Part shown: piece by piece, positions 9,198-19,304 of the stretch | Numbering within the stretch: position 1 is the stretch's first letter | Layout: each line of letters starts with the position of its first letter | DNA from: Bacteroidales bacterium | GTDB taxonomy: Bacteria > Bacteroidota > Bacteroidia > Bacteroidales > UBA10428 | NCBI GenBank assembly: GCA_041737295.1 | Contig: JBGSSA010000141.1 | Coordinates: 397-64,396 of the forward strand | Direction of reading: 5' to 3' | Length of the DNA: 64,000 bases | Notes under the pieces: model-generated | Database searches by the model: none | The model's input: only the letters and a program-made list of their open reading frames with translations | What the model was told of the DNA's origin: nothing | Program-made: the position numbers and the translations under genes

Positions 9198-10097
9198 ATG
9201 GCACTTACCCGAAATACTAAAGATACAATTATCAAGAGCCTGACCGGCATGAGTGTAATACTTATACTTTTTATTACAATCTCCATGCTTTCAGTTATAT
9301 TCGTCGGGGGATGGAAGAGTCTGACCTGGGAATTTCTGAGCGAGTTTCCTAAGGAAGGAATGACAAAAGGAGGCATTTTTCCGGCTATTATCGGCACTGC
9401 ACTGATGACACTTATCATGACCATAGCGGCAGTTCCTTTCGGGGCCATCACTGCTGTGTACCTGGCCGAATATGCCTCCGAAAAATCTGTGGTGGCTAAA
9501 TCCATCCGGTTTGCCGTTAAAACGCTGGCTGTTGTTCCCTCCATTATTTTCGGCCTGTTCGGCCTTGGTTTCTTTATCAAATTCGTTGGGGTGAATATGG
9601 ACAATTTTCTTTTTAACGGCGATCTTCACTGGGGACAGCCCAATATTCTCTGGGCCAGTCTGACAATGGCCCTGCTAACATTGCCCATTGTAATTGTCTC
9701 TGTGGAAGAATCCATTCATACGGTTCCCCGTGAAGTCAGGGAGGCCAGCCTGGCCCTGGGGGCCACAAAATGGCAAACCATTAAAAAGGTCGTGTTACCC
9801 GGTTCCATTACGGGTATCCTGACAGGTACAATCCTTGCCATCAGCCGCGGTGCAGGCGAGGTTGCCCCGATTCTGTTTACCGGAGCCGCGTATTACCTGG
9901 CAGAACTGCCCCAGGCGCCTACATCGCAGTTTATGTCGCTTGGTTACCATATATATATCATGTCAACACAATCCACTAACGTGGATGAAACATTGCCAAT
10001 ACAGTTTGCCACAACCCTGGTTTTGTTGCTCCTTACCTTTTCACTCAGTATGATTGCTGTAACGTTGCGTTACCGGATCAGAAAAAAAGCTCGCTAA
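9198..10097 (+). CDS. pstA: Phosphate ABC transporter permease PstA
   Basis: 299 aa with [21 protein letters not shown], the PstA signature. Confidence 0.9.
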   Translation: MALTRNTKDTIIKSLTGMSVILILFITISMLSVIFVGGWKSLTWEFLSEFPKEGMTKGGIFPAIIGTALMTLIMTIAAVPFGAITAVYLAEYASEKSVVAKSIRFAVKTLAVVPSIIFGLFGLGFFIKFVGVNMDNFLFNGDLHWGQPNILWASLTMALLTLPIVIVSVEESIHTVPREVREASLALGATKWQTIKKVVLPGSITGILTGTILAISRGAGEVAPILFTGAAYYLAELPQAPTSQFMSLGYHIYIMSTQSTNVDETLPIQFATTLVLLLLTFSLSMIAVTLRYRIRKKAR

Positions 10098-10101
10098 GTG
10101 T

Positions 10102-10860
10102 ATGAAAGACATTAAAGTAAACGTTAAACAACTTTCAATTTTTTATGGCAGTAACCAGGCCCTGAAAAAAATCGACATGGACATTCCCGATAAAAAGGTC
10201 ACAGCCTTTATCGGACCATCTGGGTGTGGTAAATCAACTTTTCTGAGAACCCTGAACCGGATGAACGACCTCATTGATAATGTGAGGGTTGAAGGTGAGG
10301 TCTTTATTGACGATGTAAATATTTACCAGAAAAATATTGATGTGGTCAACCTGCGGAAAAAAGTAGGAATGATATTCCAGAAATCCAATCCGTTTGCCAA
10401 ATCGATATATGAGAATATTGCATATGGCCCGAAAATTAACGGCATTACATCAAAAAAGGAACTGGACGAGATTGTGGAAACTTCACTCAGGCAGGCAGCC
10501 ATCTGGGATGAGGTAAAGGACAGGCTGAACAATTCTGCACTCGACCTGTCAGGCGGACAGCAACAACGGATCTGTATCGCCCGCACCCTCGCGGTAAATC
10601 CTGATATTATCCTGATGGATGAACCGGCCAGTGCCCTTGATCCCTTATCAACCGCAAAAATTGAGGAGCTCATTCATGAACTGAAGAAGTTCTTTACAAT
10701 TATTATTGTAACCCATAACATGCAACAGGCTGCCAGGACAAGCGATGTTACCGCCTTCTTTTACCTGGGGGAACTGATTGAAATAGATAAAACACGCACT
10801 ATCTTTACAAATCCCACAAAAAAGCAAACGGAAGATTATATTTCAGGAAGATTCGGATAA
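10102..10860 (+). CDS. pstB: Phosphate ABC transporter ATP-binding protein
   Basis: Walker [10 protein letters not shown], signature LSGGQQQR, Walker B ILMDEP. Confidence 0.95.
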   Translation: MKDIKVNVKQLSIFYGSNQALKKIDMDIPDKKVTAFIGPSGCGKSTFLRTLNRMNDLIDNVRVEGEVFIDDVNIYQKNIDVVNLRKKVGMIFQKSNPFAKSIYENIAYGPKINGITSKKELDEIVETSLRQAAIWDEVKDRLNNSALDLSGGQQQRICIARTLAVNPDIILMDEPASALDPLSTAKIEELIHELKKFFTIIIVTHNMQQAARTSDVTAFFYLGELIEIDKTRTIFTNPTKKQTEDYISGRFG

Positions 10861-10920
10861 TAGCGATTTTTCTTGTTGTGTTAAGAGACTAAAAAATTTA
10901 ATTTAAAATACGAAATTGTT

Positions 10921-11580
10921 ATGCAACCTTTTTTTCAGGAAGAACTCGATAAACTGCGGAAGAGATTGAACAAAATGTTCGTTCTCGTAACCATTCAGCT
11001 TGAAAATTCAAGCCAGTCGATTTCTAACACCGAATTTGAAACCACCGCGGTAGCCTTGAAAAATGAAAACCGCATTGATAAGCTGGATATTAAAATAGAT
11101 AAGCTCTGTCAGCGGATATTCGCACTGGCACAGCCTGTCGCCACGGATTTACGGTTTATAATGTCTTCCCTACGGATTGCAAATGAAATTGAACAGATCG
11201 GCGATATTGCATTTGATGTAATCGGCCGTTCTGAAACAGTGAGGCCTTTCCAGGAAACCCTCTCCGAATACCAGGTAACCGGTATATTTTCAGAAGTAAT
11301 AAATATAAGCAGACAGGCAACTGAAGCCTATATAAATAACAACAGCGAACTGGCGAAGGATATCGTCCGGCAAAGCAATAAAATCGAAGAAACATGCAAG
11401 GTAGGTTTTAATGAGGTGATTGCAAAAATGACCGAAAAATCGCAGGTTATCCTCATTGCCACTGACCTCATCCTCATCCTGCGCGATCTTGAACGCATCA
11501 CCAACCACTTTGAAAACATTGCCGATTCCATTGTTTTCATTGCAGAAGGGAAAAGGATACGGCATTCAGGGGGAGTGTAA
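10921..11580 (+). CDS. phoU: Phosphate signalling complex protein PhoU
   Basis: 219 aa with two PhoU repeats (IANEIEQIGDIA and DLERITNHFENIADS). Follows pstB. Confidence 0.88.
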   Translation: MQPFFQEELDKLRKRLNKMFVLVTIQLENSSQSISNTEFETTAVALKNENRIDKLDIKIDKLCQRIFALAQPVATDLRFIMSSLRIANEIEQIGDIAFDVIGRSETVRPFQETLSEYQVTGIFSEVINISRQATEAYINNNSELAKDIVRQSNKIEETCKVGFNEVIAKMTEKSQVILIATDLILILRDLERITNHFENIADSIVFIAEGKRIRHSGGV

Positions 11581-11582
11581 TT

Positions 11583-11662
11583 ATTTGTTGATTTGTTGAT
11601 TTGTTGATTGGCTTACGCGGCGGAATACTTATTGATTTGTTGATTTGTTGATTTGTTGATTG
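11583..11662. repeat. Two blocks of (ATTTGTTG)x3 separated by 24 bp
   Basis: Blocks at 11583..11610 and 11631..11662. The first starts 2 nt after the phoU stop. Confidence 0.92.
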
Positions 11663-11684
11663 GAGATTGAAGTCGGAAACGTTA

Positions 11685-11783
11685 AATCGAATGCAATGAG
11701 ATTTCTTCTCTGCGCCCTCAATAAAGCCTGGTAAACAAACCTTTAGCGTTCTTCGCGAAAACTCAGCGGCCTCTGCGTTAAAA
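11685..11783 (+). repeat. Dispersed ~100-nt core element, copy A
   Basis: AATCGAATGCAATGAGATTTCT...AAAGCCTGGTAAACAAA..CTTTAGCGTTCTTCGCGAAAACTC..CTCTGCGTTAAA. About 95% identical to copy C by hand alignment. Confidence 0.85.
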
Positions 11784-11843
11784 CGTTTGAGCGGATCTTT
11801 CCCGGCACTCGCAGATTAACAACACCCATTTCTGGAAAAGTTC

Positions 11844-12030
11844 AATCGAATGCAATGAGATTTCTCAGCGACCTACTTAAAGCCTGGTAAACAAAACTTT
11901 AGCGTTCCCTGCGAAAACTCTGCGACCTCTGCGTTTAAATTTTCCGGATATCTTATAATTATCCTGATCGATTTTTCCTGCACCCTGCAGAAGTAAAACT
12001 GCAAAACTGCAAAACTGCAGTGAACTGCAG
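11844..12030 (+). repeat. Core element copy B, plus CCGGATATCTTATAATTATCC hairpin segment, plus (AACTGCAA/G)x4
   Basis: Roughly 160 of 178 positions match the reverse complement of 45739..45913 by hand alignment. Confidence 0.85.
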
Positions 12031-12045
12031 AACATCCTTTTCTAC

Positions 12046-12987
12046 CTACACTGAATCCCTCAAGGGATTAATAAATTCAAGGTTCCGTTTCAATCCCGAA
12101 AATTTTGCCCGTTTGACAGGCGAATGAGCAAAGGTGGTCCGGAATTTTTCCTCATCCATACTGAACCAATCCCGGCGTGTCATTTCGAGTAATCCGGCCA
12201 GCGGCCTGAAATCCTCCTCGTCGTGTTGCACGGATTTACGGTTCCATGGGCATACATCCTGGCAAATGTCGCATCCGAATACCCTGTTCTGAAACTTACC
12301 TTTAAACTCCTGGCTGATCTCGCCCTTGTTCTCAATGGTCAGGTAGGATATACACCGATTGGCATTTATCGTGCGGCCCGGCAATATTGCATCGGTGGGA
12401 CAGGCCCGTAAACACCGGTTGCAATCGCCACAGAAGTCATTTATGGGGTTGTCGTATTGAAGCGGGATATCTACAATCAGGTTTCCGATAAAGAAAAAGG
12501 AACCCGACTCGGGAGAAATCAGGTTTGAATTTTTGCCGATCCAGCCGAGTCCCGACCTGGCAGCCCAGGCCCTGTCAAGCACCGGGGCCGAATCCACGAA
12601 ACCCCGGCCGCTGACCGGCCCCATCGAATGCTCCATAAACCGGAGAAGATCATTAAGCTTCTTCCTGATCACATCATGATAATCCTTGCCGTAAGCATAG
12701 GTTGAAATAACCGGAGCCTCCGGATCAAGGGGACGGGCATCGGAATAATAATTAAGGAGTACTGATATAACCGATTTTGCGCCTTCAACAAGGGTTGTCG
12801 GATCTGTGCGCTTGTCGAAATGGTTTTCCATATACGACATTCCGGCATGGTGTTTTTCCTCCAGCCATTGTCGGAGCCGCTGTGCGTCAACAGTCAAAAA
12901 GCCTGCCCCGGATATGCCGCAGCTGCTGAAGCCGAGCCTCACGGCCTCTGCCTTAATCATGGATGACCGTGAGAAAAGTTCATCCAT
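12046..12987 (-). CDS. queG: Epoxyqueuosine reductase
   Basis: 313 aa. Two 4Fe-4S ferredoxin motifs (CGDCNRCLRACP and CDICQDVCPWN) with QueG-type flanks. Confidence 0.88.
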   Translation of the reverse strand: MDELFSRSSMIKAEAVRLGFSSCGISGAGFLTVDAQRLRQWLEEKHHAGMSYMENHFDKRTDPTTLVEGAKSVISVLLNYYSDARPLDPEAPVISTYAYGKDYHDVIRKKLNDLLRFMEHSMGPVSGRGFVDSAPVLDRAWAARSGLGWIGKNSNLISPESGSFFFIGNLIVDIPLQYDNPINDFCGDCNRCLRACPTDAILPGRTINANRCISYLTIENKGEISQEFKGKFQNRVFGCDICQDVCPWNRKSVQHDEEDFRPLAGLLEMTRRDWFSMDEEKFRTTFAHSPVKRAKFSGLKRNLEFINPLRDSV

Positions 12988-13034
12988 TATAATAAATACT
13001 AAGTTTGTTTAGAGATGTTTCTTAATAAGATAAG

Positions 13035-13058
13035 GAGCATAGCCTGGAGGCTATGCTC
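13035..13058 (-). terminator. Candidate intrinsic terminator after infB
   Basis: 10-bp stem GAGCATAGCC/GGCTATGCTC with loop TGGA, 15 nt downstream of the infB stop. A moderately T-rich tract (CTTATCTTATT) follows on the minus strand. Confidence 0.45.
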
Positions 13059-13072
13059 AACTCCGGATGTTC

Positions 13073-16000
13073 TTACAGTCTCTTCTTTACTTCCGTGGTT
13101 TCATATCCCTCAATGATATCACCAGCCTGTATATCATTATAATTCTGGATATTAAGCCCGCACTCCTGTCCCACATAGGCTTCCTTCACGTCGTCCTTGT
13201 ATCGTTTCAGGGTTGCCAGGTGGCCGGCATGAATGACAATGCCTTCGCGGATGATCCTGATCTTGGTGTCGCGCTTGATCTTTCCTTCCTTAACCATACA
13301 GCCTGCAATGGTACCAACCTTCGTGATCTTAAAGGCTTCCATTACTTCAAGGGTGGCTACGATCTCTTCCCTGATCTCAGGTGACAACATGCCTTCCATG
13401 GCGGATTTGATCTCATTGATGGCATCGTATATGATCGAATACAACCGTATATCGATTTCTTCACGTTCCGCAATGCGCCTTGCCTGAACCGAAGGACGTA
13501 CCTGGAATCCGATTACAATGGCGTTGGATGCAGCAGCCAGGAGAATATCGCTTTCCGATATTTGTCCGACCGCTTTGTGAATTACATTAACCTGTATCTC
13601 TTCATTTGAAAGCTTGATCAGCGAATCGGACAGTGCTTCGATGGATCCGTCCACGTCACCCTTCACAATCACATTGAGTTCCTTGAAGTTTCCAATGGCG
13701 ATACGGCGGCCGATCTCATCGAGAGTGATGTGTTTCTGCGTACGCAGGCCCTGTTCACGCAACAGTTGCTCGCGTTTTGTAGCAATTTCCTTGGCTTCCT
13801 TCTCTGTAGAATATACATTGAATTTGTCACCGGCCTGGGGAGCGCCATTCAATCCGAGTACCAATACGGGATCAGACGGGCCGGCGGCCTCTATCTTCTT
13901 ACCACGTTCGTTGTACATGGCCTTTACCTTTCCAAAGTTGTGACCGGCCAGCACAATATCTCCAACCTTTAATGTACCGGACTGAACCAGCACTGTGGCC
14001 ACAAATCCCCTTCCCTTGTCCAGGGACGATTCAATGATTGTCCCATTGGCCAGCTTGTCGGGATTGGCTTTCAGATTCAGCAATTCAGCCTCGAGGTATA
14101 CTTTTTCGAGCAGGTCATATATATTCAATCCTGTTTTGGCGGAAATCTCCTGCGACTGGTATTTACCACCCCAGTCTTCCACCAGGATGTTCATTTGAGC
14201 AAGGGATTCCTTAATTTTTTCAGGATTTGCAGTAGGCTTGTCAATTTTATTGATGGCAAATACCATCGGAACACCGGCAGCCTGTGCATGGTTAATGGCT
14301 TCAATGGTCTGGGGCATGATGCCGTCATCGGCAGCGACCACGATTATGGCCACATCGGTGATCTGGGCACCCCGTGCACGCATGGCAGTAAACGCCTCAT
14401 GTCCGGGAGTATCCAGGAATGTAATCTGCCGGCCGTCTTTTAATATCACACCATACGCACCGATATGCTGGGTAATTCCACCCGCCTCACCGGCAATAAC
14501 ATTAGCCGAACGGATGTAATCAAGCAATTTTGTCTTTCCATGGTCAACATGGCCCATAACCGTAACAATCGGGGGCCTTGGTGCCAGGTCCTCAGGATCC
14601 TCAACTTCTTCTTCCTGCTCATCCTCAGCATCCACCGTAACAAACTCAACCTTATAGGCGAATTCTTCAGCCACGAGCACAAGGGCTTCAGCGTCAAGAC
14701 GCTGGTTGATGGATACAAAAAGGCCAAGGCTCATACAGGCTGCAATAACCTCGTTAACCGGAACGTCCATCAGCGTGGCCAATTCATTCACAGTAACGAA
14801 CTCGGTTACACGGAGGATATTCTTTTCGCTTTCCTTCTTTTCTTCTTCCTGTTGCATCCGCTGGCTGACAATATCACGCTTTTCACGGCGGTATTTGGCA
14901 CCCTTGGTCCTGCCTTTGGTACCTATCCTGGCGAATGTATCCTTTATCTGTTTGTCTACATCTTCCTCACTGATCTCAAAACGGTAGCCCTTTCTCTTCT
15001 TCTTTTTCTTTTTATCCTTTATCACTTCAAGATCAGCGGTTCGTGGTGGTTTTTCCACACTGACCCGCTGTGTATCTTTCTTGATCCTTTTCCTCTTCTT
15101 CTTTTCTGCACTGTCATCCTTATCGGCCCCGGCCGGTTCAAGACTCATTTTACCCACTACGGTAGGACCAGCCAGTTTATCAGCTTTTGCCTTGATCACT
15201 TCAGGAAGCCTGCCGCCAGTTCTGGGCTTTACATCCTGCGGGTCATTTGCCTGGGTTCTGTCTGCCGTTTCGCGTTGCTGTGTGGATGTACGGGTCCTTC
15301 TTTCGACTTCAAGCTGTTCCCTGGTCTTTTTGGGAGGACGCGTCCGCTGGTTCATGGCATCCAGGTCGATTTTCCCTACTACCTTAACTTCCACATCCTT
15401 GATTTCCTGCTTATAGAAATTTTCTTCCGGCTTAGCAGGTATGGTTTCCTGCGACGGCACCGGAATAACTTCTTCCTCAGGTTCAGGAATAATATCGACG
15501 GGTGGTTCTGCGACCGGTACAACGGGTTCTTCCTTAACCACCTCTGGCTCTGCAATTTTTTCCGCTACCACGGGAGTGGGAGGAGGAGGTGCAGGGACTG
15601 GAGCAGGGGGAGGAGGAGGAGGAGGCAGGACTTCTTCCTTTTTGGGAGGTGGCGGTGGCGGCGGGGTAACCTTTTTAGGCGGATTCAGATCGATCTTCCC
15701 GATAACGTTAATCCGGATGGTTTCTTTCTCTGCCGGGTGTTCAACTTCCGGTTCATGGTGAACTGCAGAGGCACGCAAATCTTTAACAAGCAATTCTTCC
15801 TCGAATTCCGTTACCTCAGCTTCTTTTTCATGATGCATATCGCCTATCGATATACTTTCAAGCTTCTCACGTTTATTCCGGAGATTGAGTTTCTCCGATT
15901 CCTTTTTCACATTCAGGTCAGAACTAAACTCCTTTAACAGCATATCAACCTGCTCGGAGGTGATCTTCTCATTCGGATTCGAATCGATCTTCACCCCTTT

Positions 16001-16087
16001 TTTATGCAGGTATTCCACAATGGTGGATATTCCCACATTGAGCTCTCTGGCTATTTTGCTTAATCTTGTTGTTTTCGTATCTGACAT
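13073..16087 (-). CDS. infB: Translation initiation factor IF-2
   Basis: 1004 aa. GTPase motifs [13 protein letters not shown] and NKID. Long K/E/P-rich N-terminal region. Confidence 0.97.
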   Translation of the reverse strand: MSDTKTTRLSKIARELNVGISTIVEYLHKKGVKIDSNPNEKITSEQVDMLLKEFSSDLNVKKESEKLNLRNKREKLESISIGDMHHEKEAEVTEFEEELLVKDLRASAVHHEPEVEHPAEKETIRINVIGKIDLNPPKKVTPPPPPPPKKEEVLPPPPPPPAPVPAPPPPTPVVAEKIAEPEVVKEEPVVPVAEPPVDIIPEPEEEVIPVPSQETIPAKPEENFYKQEIKDVEVKVVGKIDLDAMNQRTRPPKKTREQLEVERRTRTSTQQRETADRTQANDPQDVKPRTGGRLPEVIKAKADKLAGPTVVGKMSLEPAGADKDDSAEKKKRKRIKKDTQRVSVEKPPRTADLEVIKDKKKKKKRKGYRFEISEEDVDKQIKDTFARIGTKGRTKGAKYRREKRDIVSQRMQQEEEKKESEKNILRVTEFVTVNELATLMDVPVNEVIAACMSLGLFVSINQRLDAEALVLVAEEFAYKVEFVTVDAEDEQEEEVEDPEDLAPRPPIVTVMGHVDHGKTKLLDYIRSANVIAGEAGGITQHIGAYGVILKDGRQITFLDTPGHEAFTAMRARGAQITDVAIIVVAADDGIMPQTIEAINHAQAAGVPMVFAINKIDKPTANPEKIKESLAQMNILVEDWGGKYQSQEISAKTGLNIYDLLEKVYLEAELLNLKANPDKLANGTIIESSLDKGRGFVATVLVQSGTLKVGDIVLAGHNFGKVKAMYNERGKKIEAAGPSDPVLVLGLNGAPQAGDKFNVYSTEKEAKEIATKREQLLREQGLRTQKHITLDEIGRRIAIGNFKELNVIVKGDVDGSIEALSDSLIKLSNEEIQVNVIHKAVGQISESDILLAAASNAIVIGFQVRPSVQARRIAEREEIDIRLYSIIYDAINEIKSAMEGMLSPEIREEIVATLEVMEAFKITKVGTIAGCMVKEGKIKRDTKIRIIREGIVIHAGHLATLKRYKDDVKEAYVGQECGLNIQNYNDIQAGDIIEGYETTEVKKRL

Positions 16088-16157
16088 TCGTGAACTATAG
16101 TTGTTTTTAAACGGTCAAAAATAGTAATTCCGACTCATATTAATTGTATACGGTCGT

Positions 16158-17396
16158 TTATTCAAATTCCGAACGCAGAATCTTAAGTACTTCCCGGATT
16201 GTTTCTTCTTCCAGGTCAGTACGTTTCACCAGGTCTTCAGCATTCAGGTTCAACACGCTCCGTGCAGTGTCGCAACCGATGGATTTGAGTTCATCTATGA
16301 TCCAGCCATCAATTTCATCGGCAAATTCTTCAAGGTTTACATCTTCCTCATCGGCATAATCAGTTTCACGGTATACATCAATCTCATACCCTGTAAGCTG
16401 TCCGGCCAGCTTGATATTAAGCCCGCCTTTTCCAATAGCCAGCGAAACCTCGTTTGGTTTCAGGTAAACATCCGCCTTTTTAGTCTTCTCATCAATTTTG
16501 ATGGAGGAAATCTTGGCGGGACTCAATGCCCTTGTGATGTATAGCTGAAGGTTATTTGTATAATTGATAACATCAATATTTTCATTTTTCAATTCCCTGA
16601 CAATACCATGGATACGGGATCCCTTCATTCCCACGCAGGCCCCCACCGGGTCGATCCGTTCATCGTACGACTCGACGGCAACTTTTGCCCTTTCCCCCGG
16701 TATCCGGACGATCTTTTTGATCGTGATCAGGCCATCGAAAATTTCAGGAACTTCAAGTTCAAATAATCGTTCCAAAAATACCGGAGACGTACGCGAAAGA
16801 ACAATAAGCGGGGTATTGTTGCGCATCTCAACCTTGATGACTACCGCACGGATATTGTCACCCTTGCGAAAATAATCAGTGGGTATCTGCTCACTCTTGG
16901 GAAGGATGAGTTCATTCCCTTCCTCATCGAGAACGAGTATCTCGCGTTTCCAAACCTGGTATACTTCCCCGGTGATGATGTCCCCGATGCGTTCCTTATA
17001 CTTTTGGAAAATGTTGTTCTTCTCCAGATCAAGGATTCGTGCAGTCAGATTTTGCCTGAGGGCCAATATGGCCCTTCTTCCAAAATCAACCAGCTTAACC
17101 TCATCCGTAACCTCTTCGCCTTCTTCGTAATCAGCATCGATCAACTTGGCCTCAGAAAGGGAAATCTGCTTGTTTGGATCTTCAACCATTCCGTCGGCAA
17201 CGACTTCACGGTTACGCCAAATCTCAAAATCTCCCTTGTCAATGTTAATGATCACGTCGAAATTATCAGCTGAAGTAAACATCTTCACAAGCATACCGCG
17301 GAATACATCTTCCAGAACACTCATCATGGTAGCCCGGTCAATGCTCTTCAGATCTTTAAATTCTGAAAAAGTTTCGATCAAGTTAAGGTTTTCCAT
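16158..17396 (-). CDS. nusA: Transcription termination/antitermination factor NusA
   Basis: 412 aa with S1 and KH domains (ACVGMKGSRI, LAIGKGGLNIKLA). Sits between rimP and infB. Confidence 0.95.
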   Translation of the reverse strand: MENLNLIETFSEFKDLKSIDRATMMSVLEDVFRGMLVKMFTSADNFDVIINIDKGDFEIWRNREVVADGMVEDPNKQISLSEAKLIDADYEEGEEVTDEVKLVDFGRRAILALRQNLTARILDLEKNNIFQKYKERIGDIITGEVYQVWKREILVLDEEGNELILPKSEQIPTDYFRKGDNIRAVVIKVEMRNNTPLIVLSRTSPVFLERLFELEVPEIFDGLITIKKIVRIPGERAKVAVESYDERIDPVGACVGMKGSRIHGIVRELKNENIDVINYTNNLQLYITRALSPAKISSIKIDEKTKKADVYLKPNEVSLAIGKGGLNIKLAGQLTGYEIDVYRETDYADEEDVNLEEFADEIDGWIIDELKSIGCDTARSVLNLNAEDLVKRTDLEEETIREVLKILRSEFE

Positions 17397-17405
17397 GTGT
17401 ACACA

Positions 17406-17876
17406 TTATTTTTTTAAACTAATTACAATTTTCGCGGCTTTAATTTCATCAATCCGCTTTTCCCACATTTTTTTTACGACGACCTTTTTACGTGTAAGGG
17501 CATCTTTTTCAATTGATTCCGTTTCCAGCGTGATGGACGATCCTGACGCATTTACAAGCTTTCCTGTAGTTTTTAACCCGTCAAAAGTGATCACATCAAG
17601 CCACCGGCCCAGACTCTTCAGGTATTGCTCCGGCTGTTTTAACGGATTCTCCAGTCCCGGTGAGGATACCTCCAGTTCATAGTCCTCCGTTTCACGATTG
17701 AACTGCGATTCAATAAACCGGCTGACCCCGATGCACTCTTCGACTGTGATCCCCTTCATGCTGTCTGCATGTACCGTAATCCGGTTTCCCGGACTCACCG
17801 TAACATCCACGAGGAAAAGTCCGCGCTTCGGCAATTCATCCTGAAGGCATGACCTCACTAAATCTACCTGTATCAT
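17406..17876 (-). CDS. rimP: Ribosome maturation factor RimP
   Basis: First gene of the conserved rimP-nusA-infB order. ATG 17876 (MIQVDLV...) is preferred over TTG 17888. Confidence 0.8.
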   Translation of the reverse strand: MIQVDLVRSCLQDELPKRGLFLVDVTVSPGNRITVHADSMKGITVEECIGVSRFIESQFNRETEDYELEVSSPGLENPLKQPEQYLKSLGRWLDVITFDGLKTTGKLVNASGSSITLETESIEKDALTRKKVVVKKMWEKRIDEIKAAKIVISLKK

Positions 17877-17896
17877 CGATCTGTTCAAGTAACAAA

Positions 17897-17919
17897 ATAG
17901 GGGACAACTTGTCCCCTAT
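17897..17919 (-). promoter_or_regulatory. Leader hairpin (possible attenuator) of the rimP-nusA-infB operon
   Basis: Minus strand reads ATAGGGGACA-AGT-TGTCCCCTAT (stem of about 10 bp), followed by TTTGTTACTT. It lies between the candidate -7 box and the rimP start. Confidence 0.4.
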
Positions 17920-17933
17920 GGTGTAATTCAGCG

Positions 17934-17941
17934 CAAAGATA
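17934..17941 (-). promoter_or_regulatory. Candidate -7 promoter box TATCTTTG for rimP-nusA-infB
   Basis: Perfect TAnnTTTG match on the minus strand, about 58 nt upstream of ATG 17876. Confidence 0.4.
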
Positions 17942-18023
17942 AAAATAATAATTTACAAAACAATACCTTTTATTATACAAACGGAAAATTGGTTTTGCCG
18001 AAGATTATTCGGTAATTTGCAGT

Positions 18024-19274
18024 ATGTCTGTCATCTTTAACAAGCGGAAGATTATAAACGACCCTGTTCACGGGTTTATTATCATTCCTACCCCATTCAT
18101 TTTTGATTTGCTTGAACATCCTTATGTACAGCGGTTGCGGCGGATAAAACAGCTTGGACTTACAAGCCTTGTCTATCCGGGTGCTACTCACACCCGTTTC
18201 CAGCACGCCCTGGGTGCGATGCATCTGATGGGACTTGCCATTGAGAATATCCGGCAGAAAGGCACGGAGATCACGGAGGAAGAAGCAGAAGCGGTGACAG
18301 TAGCCATTCTGTTGCATGACATCGGCCACGGGCCATTCTCGCATGCACTTGAAGAAAGCATGATCGCCAACGTGAGCCATGAGGAACTCTCGATGCTGCT
18401 GATGAATGACCTGAACAGGGAATTTGGCGGAAAACTTACAACGGCCTTATCAATTTTCCGGAATCTGTACCCCAAAAAATTTCTGCACCAGCTGGTTTCG
18501 GGACAACTCGACATGGACCGGATGGATTACCTGATGCGCGACAGTTTTTTCGCGGGGGTGATTGAGGGCGCCATTGGAACCGAACGGATCATAAAAATGC
18601 TGAATGTGTCGGACGACCAATTGGTGGTGGAAGCCAAGGGAATCTATTCAATTGAAAAATTCCTCATTGCCCGCCGGTTGATGTACTGGCAGGTATATTT
18701 TCATAAAACTGTGATCTCTGCTGAAAATCTGCTCGTAAAATTATTGCAGCGGGCCGGGGAAGTAGCCGAAAGGGATCCGTCACTTGCCGCAACCCCTCCC
18801 CTGGCGTATTTTCTCAGGAACAGGATCACCCGCCGCACCCTGGAAGAAACTCCGGAAGAAACCCTTGGTTACTTTGCCGCTCTCGATGACGATGACATCA
18901 TGGTTTCTGCCAAGGCATGGACCGGTCATCCCGACAGGCTGCTATCGCTCCTGGCGGATCACCTGATCCGTCGGATCCTGCCAAGGGTGAAAATTCTGGA
19001 AACACCTGTTCTTCCTGAAATGATTGTAACGCTACGACAACAAGCGGCTGACATCTTTAAACTCGACCCGGATAGTGCTGAATATCTTGTATATGCTGGC
19101 ACTATCGCCAACAAAGCATACAGTATAACCACGGATACAATTAAGATTCTATACAATACAGGAGAGGTCAGGGACCTGGCTGAAGCATCCGATATCTTCC
19201 AGATACAGAATCTGAATGAGACGCGGAAAAAATATTTTATATGCTATCCCAAAGATTTTGGCTTAAATTATTAA
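18024..19274 (+). CDS. HD-domain phosphohydrolase (SAMHD1/dGTPase-like superfamily)
   Basis: 416 aa. THTRFQHALG...LLHDIGHGPFSH...DMDRMDYLMRD are HD-domain metal ligands. Confidence 0.8.
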   Translation: MSVIFNKRKIINDPVHGFIIIPTPFIFDLLEHPYVQRLRRIKQLGLTSLVYPGATHTRFQHALGAMHLMGLAIENIRQKGTEITEEEAEAVTVAILLHDIGHGPFSHALEESMIANVSHEELSMLLMNDLNREFGGKLTTALSIFRNLYPKKFLHQLVSGQLDMDRMDYLMRDSFFAGVIEGAIGTERIIKMLNVSDDQLVVEAKGIYSIEKFLIARRLMYWQVYFHKTVISAENLLVKLLQRAGEVAERDPSLAATPPLAYFLRNRITRRTLEETPEETLGYFAALDDDDIMVSAKAWTGHPDRLLSLLADHLIRRILPRVKILETPVLPEMIVTLRQQAADIFKLDPDSAEYLVYAGTIANKAYSITTDTIKILYNTGEVRDLAEASDIFQIQNLNETRKKYFICYPKDFGLNY

Positions 19275-19279
19275 TTTTG
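19272..19279 (+). promoter_or_regulatory. Candidate -7 promoter box TAATTTTG for lpxD
   Basis: TAnnTTTG match overlapping the HD-gene stop, 25 nt upstream of the lpxD ATG. Confidence 0.35.
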
Positions 19280-19304
19280 TGCCCACTGAAAATGTCATGA
19301 CCGA

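Noticed and set aside
11685-11943. The ~100-nt core element as a MITE or IS remnant
   Set aside because: I could find no terminal inverted repeats, no flanking direct duplications and no transposase fragment. It is kept as an unclassified dispersed repeat.
14465-15937. 490-aa ORF antisense to infB, plus several other + strand ORFs within 13067..16100
   Set aside because: It lies entirely inside the strongly supported infB CDS. The sequence is low-complexity (F/L/R-rich) and is produced by the K/E/P-rich codon composition of the opposite strand.
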